Source: Deltaproteobacteria bacterium
Lineage (GTDB): Bacteria > Desulfobacterota > Binatia > UBA9968
DNA: 64,000 nt
Direction: 5' to 3'
Assembly: GCA_016874755.1 (NCBI GenBank)
Contig: VGTH01000022.1
Span: forward strand, 19,421-83,420
Shown: piece after piece, positions 58,080 through 64,000 of the stretch
Layout of the letters: every line of letters begins with the position of its first letter
Numbering within the stretch: position 1 is the stretch's first letter
The notes under the pieces: generated by a model
The model's input: only the letters and a program-made list of their open reading frames with translations
What the model was told of the DNA's origin: nothing
Database searches by the model: none
Made by a program: the position numbers and the translations under genes

Positions 58080-58748
58080 ATGACTGAGATAAGAGTTGTC
58101 ATCGCCGATGACCATGCGCTGTTCCGCGACGGATTGCGCAAGATTCTTGCCCTGGAAAAAGACATCTTGGTCGTAGGCGAAGCCGCCAATGGCGACGAGG
58201 CGACCAAAGTCGCAGAGCGCACAAAACCCGATGTCCTGCTCTTGGATTTGAAAATGCCCAAAGGTGAGCTTGTGCAAAACTTGCTCGACGTCACGGCGCG
58301 CACGCCGGCCACCCGAGTCGTAGTCTTAACCGCGTTTTCCGACGACGAGAACGTTCTCAACGCCGCTAAGAGCGGCGCGAAAGGCTATGTCTCGAAGGGC
58401 GTTCCCTCGGCGACACTGGTGCAAGCGATCAAGAGTGTCCACGGCGGGAGTCCATGGATCGACAAGGAAATTCCCTCATGGGAAACTTTCCTGGAAATCG
58501 CCAGCGGCCAAACCGAGGCTCGCCCCATGCCGACGCCGCGCACGGACAACGCCATCGGCACCTTAACTAAAAGGGAGCTGGAAATTCTCCGCCTGGTCGC
58601 TGAGGGTCTGACCAACGAAGAGATCGGCAAAAAAATCTTCATCAGCGAGAAGACCGTCAAAACCCATTTGACCAACATTTTCGACAAGCTGAAAGTCAAT
58701 AACCGCTTTAAGGCGGCCTTAATGCTGCGTGGTCGGACGACTCACTAG
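58080..58748 (+). CDS. NarL/FixJ-family response regulator (REC + LuxR-type HTH) with ~40-aa insert between domains
   Basis: REC motif VVIADDH...DVLLLDLKMP. LuxR HTH LTKRELEILRLVAEGLTNEEIGKKIFISEKTVKTHLTNIF. RBS ggaga. Confidence 0.85.
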   Translation: MTEIRVVIADDHALFRDGLRKILALEKDILVVGEAANGDEATKVAERTKPDVLLLDLKMPKGELVQNLLDVTARTPATRVVVLTAFSDDENVLNAAKSGAKGYVSKGVPSATLVQAIKSVHGGSPWIDKEIPSWETFLEIASGQTEARPMPTPRTDNAIGTLTKRELEILRLVAEGLTNEEIGKKIFISEKTVKTHLTNIFDKLKVNNRFKAALMLRGRTTH

Positions 58749-58765
58749 TCGGGAGTGCGTCGACC

Positions 58766-59968
58766 ATGGCGAGCGACATCAAGACCCCACTCGAAGAAGG
58801 CTGGATCATCGAGCGCGAGAAGGCGCTCGCGTGGCTGCGGCTGGCCTTTGCCATACTGGCGGTGATTGTCATCCAACTCAATCCATCGCGGGTCGCGCGC
58901 TTCCCGGCGCTGTCAACTTTTTCTCTGGCAACGTTTCTGCTCTACAGCACCTCGATATTGTACCTCCTCCGCAAAAACCGGGTGAGATCGACTCGCCTCA
59001 TCCTCGTGACCACGCCCCTCGATGTGCTTTGGATCGCGCTGATCGTGCTCTCCACCGGCGGCTCACGCACGCCGTTTTTCACGTATTATTCTTTCCCGGT
59101 CATCAGCGCGAGCCTGCGCTGGGGCATCAAGGGAAGTCTGCCGGTGGCATTCACCGGCGTCGCCATCTATTTCACCATTCGTTTAACTTTGCGGGCAGAG
59201 TCGGGCGGCGAGCCGATCGGCATCGACACCGTTGTCGTGCGTTGCTTCTATTTAATCGCTCTAGCTTGCATCTTCGGCTACATCAGCGAATTCGAAAAGC
59301 GCCAGAATCAAAAACTCCTGGCGCTGTCGCGCACAGCGGGCCAAATCTCCGCGCTCCAAGAGCGGCGCCGGATCATGTTCGACCTGCACGACGGCATTCT
59401 ACAGTCGCTGGCAACCCTCATTCTGCGCTTGGAGAGTTGCCGAGGAAAGTTGGCAGACAGACCCAAAGACTCGGAAATCGAAAGCGATCTGCGCTCAATG
59501 GAAGAGCTGACCCGCGACTCCATGAACGAGATTCGCCAGTTCCTCTCCGGCAAGGAAACCAAGCCACTGGTGCATGGGACACTGTTGAAGCGGTTGCGCG
59601 AAGAGCTGCGCTTCCTGCAGCAAGGCTTGAATATGGAAGTTATTTTGGGAACCGACCCCGAAGATGTGGACCTGCCCGAGACGGTGGAGACCGAAATCTA
59701 CTACGTTTTGCGCGAAGGTTTGGCCAACGTCACGCGCCATTCGCACGCGTCACGCATCGATCTGCAACTGATTCAAAAGATCATCTCTTTGGAAGGAAAT
59801 ATCGAGGACAACGGCGCCGGCATGAACCTAGCCAGCATGCAAAACGGACAGGGCTTGGGGCTGCAAAGCATGCGCGAACGCATAAAGAAAATCGGGGGAG
59901 AACTCCTGGTTAAGTCCTCCCCCGGTGGTGGCACAAAAATTTCGTTTACGGTGCCACTAACGAACTAA
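58766..59968 (+). CDS. Sensor histidine kinase, HisKA_3 (NarX/DesK-type) with multi-TM N-terminal domain
   Basis: H-box HDGILQSLATL, HATPase_c (GQGLGLQSMRERI...GG) and 4-6 predicted TM helices. Confidence 0.8.
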   Translation: MASDIKTPLEEGWIIEREKALAWLRLAFAILAVIVIQLNPSRVARFPALSTFSLATFLLYSTSILYLLRKNRVRSTRLILVTTPLDVLWIALIVLSTGGSRTPFFTYYSFPVISASLRWGIKGSLPVAFTGVAIYFTIRLTLRAESGGEPIGIDTVVVRCFYLIALACIFGYISEFEKRQNQKLLALSRTAGQISALQERRRIMFDLHDGILQSLATLILRLESCRGKLADRPKDSEIESDLRSMEELTRDSMNEIRQFLSGKETKPLVHGTLLKRLREELRFLQQGLNMEVILGTDPEDVDLPETVETEIYYVLREGLANVTRHSHASRIDLQLIQKIISLEGNIEDNGAGMNLASMQNGQGLGLQSMRERIKKIGGELLVKSSPGGGTKISFTVPLTN

Positions 59969-59993
59969 AGTGGGCACCCGCCAACGCTCAGCC

Positions 59994-60362
59994 TTACTCA
60001 CCTTTCGCAGGAACGAATGTCATTTTTGTCAGGAAATTCTTTTCGCCCTTGGTCACGTATTCGACCGTCGCTGAAGAGCCCAATCCCACGTTGGCCATTT
60101 TCACTTTGGTCTCTCCGATTCCCACGACCTTCGTCTTGGCGTTGAAATCCAGCGTCACCAGCTTGCCATCCTTCGTCACGACGATCATATAGTTTTTCTC
60201 GGTGTCGAGTAAACCGATATCACCGCCAACTTTCTCTGCTTTGGCTTTCGCGGGCTCCGCTTTTTTCGCCTCGGCCTTTTTCTCCTGCGCGATGACCGGC
60301 ATGCTCAAACTCGCTGCAAGTACAATCGCCAGACCGCCCCCTAAATTCAGTTTCTTTGTCAT
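59994..60362 (-). CDS. Small exported protein, paralogue A (unknown function)
   Basis: Signal peptide, (K/A/E)-rich linker, then GDIGLLDTEKNYMIVVTKDGKLVTLDF...LGSSATVEYVTKGEKNF...PAKGE. RBS aaggag. Confidence 0.45.
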   Translation of the reverse strand: MTKKLNLGGGLAIVLAASLSMPVIAQEKKAEAKKAEPAKAKAEKVGGDIGLLDTEKNYMIVVTKDGKLVTLDFNAKTKVVGIGETKVKMANVGLGSSATVEYVTKGEKNFLTKMTFVPAKGE

Positions 60363-60416
60363 TTCCCGTTCTCCTTGCTCGTTCGCTCTCGATTCTCTCT
60401 AACCGCCGCCTAAGGT

Positions 60417-60818
60417 TTACTCACCCTTTGCCGGTAGGTACTCAATGTTGGATGCAATATTCTTGTCACCGTCCTTGGTGTAGGTGACGGTCGCCGACGA
60501 TCCCAAACCGATGTTACCCATCTTGCTGGCCTGCAAAATGCGCTGCGTCGGCTGAAACTTTGCGTCATAATCGATGGTCACCAGCTTGCCTTCTTTGGTA
60601 ACGATGATCATGTAGTTCTTTTCCGTGTCCAATAAACCGACGTCGCCAGCTACCTTGGTTGCCTTGGCCGGCTCTGCTTTTGTTTCGGCTTTGGCCGGCG
60701 CAGGCGCAGGCGCCGGTGCCGGTGCCGGCGCGGGCTTTTCATCCTGCGTTGAACAAGCTGCCAGCGCAAACAACCCGGATGCTACGATAATATTCGTAAT
60801 CAGAGAACCCTTTTGCAT
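60417..60818 (-). CDS. Small lipoprotein, paralogue B, with (PA)n linker
   Basis: Lipobox LAACS, a (PA)7 repeat, then GDVGLLDTEKNYMIIVTKEGKLVTIDY...LGSSATVTYTKDGDKN...PAKGE. RBS ggaggt. Confidence 0.45.
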   Translation of the reverse strand: MQKGSLITNIIVASGLFALAACSTQDEKPAPAPAPAPAPAPAKAETKAEPAKATKVAGDVGLLDTEKNYMIIVTKEGKLVTIDYDAKFQPTQRILQASKMGNIGLGSSATVTYTKDGDKNIASNIEYLPAKGE

Positions 60819-60941
60819 TGAGACCTCCACGGTATATTTAGGACTTTGGTGATAATTAGAAGTCTAAAGTCCTATACTTTAGCCGCGCGTTAATTGTCAA
60901 GCAGAAAATCCTCGCGCGTAAATATTTTTGTTTGAAGAGAC

Positions 60942-60975
60942 AAAAAAAGGGGAGCCGGCTGGCTCCCCTTTTTCC
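60942..60975. terminator. Bidirectional rho-independent terminator 3' of the porin gene
   Basis: AAAAAAA GGGGAGCC ggct GGCTCCCC TTTTTCC. Confidence 0.7.
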
Positions 60976-60993
60976 ATGTCGGTGGTCGCCCGT

Positions 60994-62448
60994 TTAGAAC
61001 GAGGCCCGGAAGTTCAGTTGCACGTTGGTCCAATCGCAGCTCTTGCCCCGCGTCGAACGGCCAGCGCTGCTGCAACCCAGGTTCTCTTGCGCTTCGGTTC
61101 TGCCGCTGCGCAGGTTCGACGCGTCATACCACTGCACCGTACCGCCCACGCTGATCCGGTTCGGCAGGAAGTAAAACAAGTCCCACTCACGAATCAGAAC
61201 ACGGTTGCGCGAGAATTCACTGCCCGTCGCACAGTTCGACCGGCCGCAGCTGACATCGTTGCGCTCGAAGTGCGTGCCGAACAGGATCGACCCCGGCGTC
61301 CCGGTGTCTCCCGTAAACCAGCCCTTCGGGCTCCACAGAAACAGGTCATGGCCGATCAGGAAGTTGCGTCCTTTGGCACCAGATCCCTGGCTGTTGCGGC
61401 CAGCATCAAGATCCCAGGCGCCGCGGATGGCACGCAGCCAGTACGGCCCCACTTTCCAACCTATACCCGTTAAGTTGTAGTCAGTCGTCCCTCGGCCGCC
61501 ACTACTCGACGGCGAGAATATAAACAGCGTCTGCCGCCCACCGCTGCCATGATCCCGAAGCCGTAGCCGGCTGCAAGCACTAAAGACCCCGGAGCCATTA
61601 GAGCTGGTGGAGTTCGTATTGCGCGGATCGTTGTTACACCAGTAGTGCATGTTCTCAAGACCAAAACCCTGGATCCATTTGTTTTTGGTCTTCGAAAACG
61701 GTTCGATCCGGGCGTAGAGCACGAAGTCCTTGCGGTCCGTGTTATTGCTATATCCGTCGCCCGCTTCGCCAAAACTCGCCATGCCGAAGTTCACTTGAAT
61801 GCGTCCCGTCGGAATATTGATGTTATCCCAGTTGAGCGTGAAGCCGTTGCCGTAGCTGCCCGTGTTCAAGCCGTTCTCGCGCGACATGATGTCGTATTCG
61901 GCCTGTGAGCCGGTGGTGCCGGAGCCTTGCCGGTAGGCGCTGACAGGCATTTCGCCGTCCATGCCAAACGCCACGCGAGGCAGCCAAGGATTGATCTTCT
62001 CAAAATGCACTTGCATCTGGCCACGCTGCAAGTCGGTTTGCCCACCGAAACCGTCGTTGTCGTAGTGCAGGTTGAATTCATAGAAGCAGTTGTTGATGCA
62101 GTAATTAAATCGCGAACGGAAGCGCCGCCCTTCGACCTCGCCGTTGGTCCGCCCAGCGTGGTCGCGGCCAGCTTGGAAGTTCATCCTCATGTGGCCTTCA
62201 AGGCTAAAGTTAATGCTCCAGCCTTTGTCCGCGGCTTCGATTGTCAAACCGGCGCCCGGACGATAACTAAAATTCGGCAGCACCACAGCGGCCGCCGTCG
62301 CTTCTTTCTTGAGCTCGATCTGCTGCTCTTTGAGCTGAGTCAGCTCCTGCTCCATCGCCTTGATCTTTTCATCAACGCTCTGGGCGGATGCTGGTGCGCC
62401 AGCAAAAAGCGCTGCCGAGAGCAGTGCCAATCCGATCCCTTTCTTCAT
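60994..62448 (-). CDS. Outer-membrane beta-barrel porin (phosphate-selective OprO/P-like or related family) with N-terminal coiled coil
   Basis: Signal peptide, an N-terminal coil (KIKAMEQELTQLKEQQIELKKE), alternating beta-strand pattern, and a C-terminal ...NFRASF with terminal Phe. Confidence 0.5.
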   Translation of the reverse strand: MKKGIGLALLSAALFAGAPASAQSVDEKIKAMEQELTQLKEQQIELKKEATAAAVVLPNFSYRPGAGLTIEAADKGWSINFSLEGHMRMNFQAGRDHAGRTNGEVEGRRFRSRFNYCINNCFYEFNLHYDNDGFGGQTDLQRGQMQVHFEKINPWLPRVAFGMDGEMPVSAYRQGSGTTGSQAEYDIMSRENGLNTGSYGNGFTLNWDNINIPTGRIQVNFGMASFGEAGDGYSNNTDRKDFVLYARIEPFSKTKNKWIQGFGLENMHYWCNNDPRNTNSTSSNGSGVFSACSRLRLRDHGSGGRQTLFIFSPSSSGGRGTTDYNLTGIGWKVGPYWLRAIRGAWDLDAGRNSQGSGAKGRNFLIGHDLFLWSPKGWFTGDTGTPGSILFGTHFERNDVSCGRSNCATGSEFSRNRVLIREWDLFYFLPNRISVGGTVQWYDASNLRSGRTEAQENLGCSSAGRSTRGKSCDWTNVQLNFRASF

Positions 62449-62790
62449 CTTTTCTGCCTCCTTTTTTCCTTCTGAAATTTTTTACTAAATATGGACCAAT
62501 TCTCACTACTTTCGGCGTGTTTTAGACCACAATACCCATATTGTCAAGTCTAAAGTTAGATCTTTTATCTGAATGTCCACGACAAATCGCGAAAAACTAA
62601 GACTTTATGGGAATAGTGGCCCATTTTCGCAACTTGAAGGGGCACCAAAGGCCGTAGGCGGAGTCGTAGCAGCGGGACTACCCGCCGAAACGGGATTGTG
62701 TCGCAATTGTCATTTTGCGGCAAAGCCGAAGAATCTGCTTCATGCAATTGCGCGAAAAAGCAGATCCCTCGCTTGCGCTCAGGATGCCTT

Positions 62791-62863
62791 CGCTCCTCCA
62801 GAGTTCCACTTCGATCGACGCAGTGTCATGGGTTTTCCCGGTCGCATGAATAATTCGGGCTAG
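62791..62863 (-). repeat. 73-bp intergenic repeat element, copy 3 (reverse orientation)
   Basis: cgctcctccagagttccacttcgatcgacgcagtgtcatgggttttcccggtcgcatgaataattcgggctag is the reverse complement of copies 1 and 2. Confidence 0.8.
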
Positions 62864-62879
62864 AGACGAAGCCGTGCGG

Positions 62880-63734
62880 CTAACTTGATGTGGTGGGCTC
62901 AGCGTCGCCGATGACAGAGCACACCGGCATGTGCGTCGTGTTGCGGTCAAAGCCGATGTTGCCGTTGCGGTCGATCAGAATGATGCCACCGCTAGCACTT
63001 AGTTTGGCGCCGAGCAAGGCGATCACCTTTTGCGCGGCTGTGGGCGCGTCGAGCCCATCTTCGAGATGGCCAACTGCGCGCTTGGCGAGCAGCAAACGGA
63101 TAAACGCCTCGCCGTGCCCCGTCCCGGAGGCGGCGCCGAACTCGTCGGCGTAGGTGCCGCAGCCGATCAGCGGCGAATCGCCGACACGGCCCGGAAGTTT
63201 TTTGAAAACACCACCGGTGGAGGTTGCGGCAGCGAGTTTGCCGCCACGGTCGCACGCCACACAGCCGACGGTGCCATGTTTGCTCTCCCAATGGCGCTTT
63301 TCACTCTCAACGATCAGCGCGTCGGGCGAACATTCGGCGAACCCGATTGAGCGAGCAAACAGGTTCGCGCCGTCGCCCGCAAGCAGCACGTGCCGGCCGT
63401 CTTCCATCACCCGCCGCGCCAGACGAACCGGATTTTTGATGCCGCAGACCGCCGCCACCGCGCCGACGCGCAGCGTATCGCCTTCCATCAGCGCGGCGTC
63501 GCATTCGACACAACCGAGACTGTTGAGGGTGGAGCCGGTGCCGGCGTTGAACAACGGATTGTCTTCGAGGATAACCACGGCCGCTTCCACGGCGTCGAGC
63601 GCCGAGCCGCCGGCGTTGAGAATTTTCTGCCCAGCCAACACGGCTTCCCTGCAGCCGGCGAGCCGCGCCGGCAGACTATCGTCCTTGATTGGACCGGCGC
63701 CGCCGTGAACGATGATCGAGGGTAGGTGTTTCAT
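62880..63734 (-). CDS. iaaA: Isoaspartyl peptidase / L-asparaginase (Ntn-hydrolase, Asparaginase_2 family)
   Basis: HGGAG N-terminus and the autoprocessing GTVG motif (HGTVGCVA). ATG at 63734. Confidence 0.8.
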   Translation of the reverse strand: MKHLPSIIVHGGAGPIKDDSLPARLAGCREAVLAGQKILNAGGSALDAVEAAVVILEDNPLFNAGTGSTLNSLGCVECDAALMEGDTLRVGAVAAVCGIKNPVRLARRVMEDGRHVLLAGDGANLFARSIGFAECSPDALIVESEKRHWESKHGTVGCVACDRGGKLAAATSTGGVFKKLPGRVGDSPLIGCGTYADEFGAASGTGHGEAFIRLLLAKRAVGHLEDGLDAPTAAQKVIALLGAKLSASGGIILIDRNGNIGFDRNTTHMPVCSVIGDAEPTTSS

Positions 63735-63796
63735 TGGCCGATCCTTTGGAAACTTTCGCATGCCAGGGCGCGATGAATCGCGTCCTATGAGGTTTT

Positions 63797-63830
63797 CGAA
63801 CTTTGCGAACTTTGCGTCTGGGCGCGAGAC
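63797..63830. repeat. Half-element of the GCAAAG/GCGCGAGAC hairpin repeat family
   Basis: cgaactttgcgaactttgcgtctgggcgcgagac closely matches the second arm of the 16853-16931 hairpin. Confidence 0.45.
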
Positions 63831-63846
63831 AATCCGAACATTCTCA

Positions 63847-64000
63847 CGCCAGCTCGCGCAGCACCGCCCGGCACGGCGAGCCGTCAGAACCCGCAAGTTT
63901 CACCGGCGGACAGAAAAGCTCGTATCGTCCCGGCGGCACTTCGGACAAATCCACGCCTTCGAGCAAGATCACACCGTGGTCGAGAAACGCCCGGTGCACC
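63847..64000 (-). CDS. 3' end of a CDS continuing beyond the window (unknown function)
   Basis: Open frame on the minus strand through the right edge (…VHRAFLDHGVILLEGVDLSEVPPGRYELFCPPVKL…). It ends at 63847. Confidence 0.3.

Overview
This is a high-GC (roughly 60-65%) chromosomal segment from a diderm bacterium, judged from lolA, OmpA-type lipoproteins and a C-terminal-Phe porin. The backbone is housekeeping: argS, ssb, ftsK, rnj, plsC, plsY, rimO, mazG, ppk1/ppx, an Mrp/ApbC Fe-S carrier and a Na+-translocating methylmalonyl-CoA-decarboxylase-type operon. Several accessory-looking blocks are interspersed:

- A 5.5-kb dlt-like operon (36733-42247, minus strand) encodes a DltB/DltD-like MBOAT-SGNH fusion, a carrier protein, a DltA-like adenylation enzyme and an acyl-CoA-dehydrogenase. 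The MBOAT carries WRRIN in place of the canonical WRRWH catalytic-His motif. This is the best candidate for an undescribed surface-polymer modification system.
- A Memo/AmmeMemoRadiSam-B-like enzyme carries an N-terminal PqqD/RRE-like domain and sits next to the Fe-S carrier genes.
- A polyphosphate island (ppk1-ppx-sixA-CHAD-pstS) ends in a deletion scar that left only 3' fragments of phoU and phoB, followed by a low-GC orphan gene.
- Two tandem amino-acid (APC) permease genes carry C-terminal universal-stress-protein (USP) domains.
- A PAS-DHp-REC protein lacks a kinase ATPase domain.
- A large secreted CarbopepD_reg-like protein has a single CxxCH heme motif.
- Tandem glycine-zipper lipoprotein paralogues, tandem small secreted paralogues beside a porin, and a NarL/HisKA_3 two-component system are present.
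- At least three families of intergenic hairpin/REP-like repeats occur, including a 73-bp element in three full copies plus one degenerate inverted copy.
- A perfect 3 x 33-bp in-frame tandem repeat with A8 tracts lies in a DksA/TraR-like gene.

No tRNA, rRNA, CRISPR array, transposase or integrase was recognised. The many long antisense ORFs in the track are GC-driven shadow ORFs. Some entries in the track begin at TTG or GTG codons rather than ATG, so some 'M' starts are not ATG. I re-picked ATG starts where a ribosome-binding site supports them.
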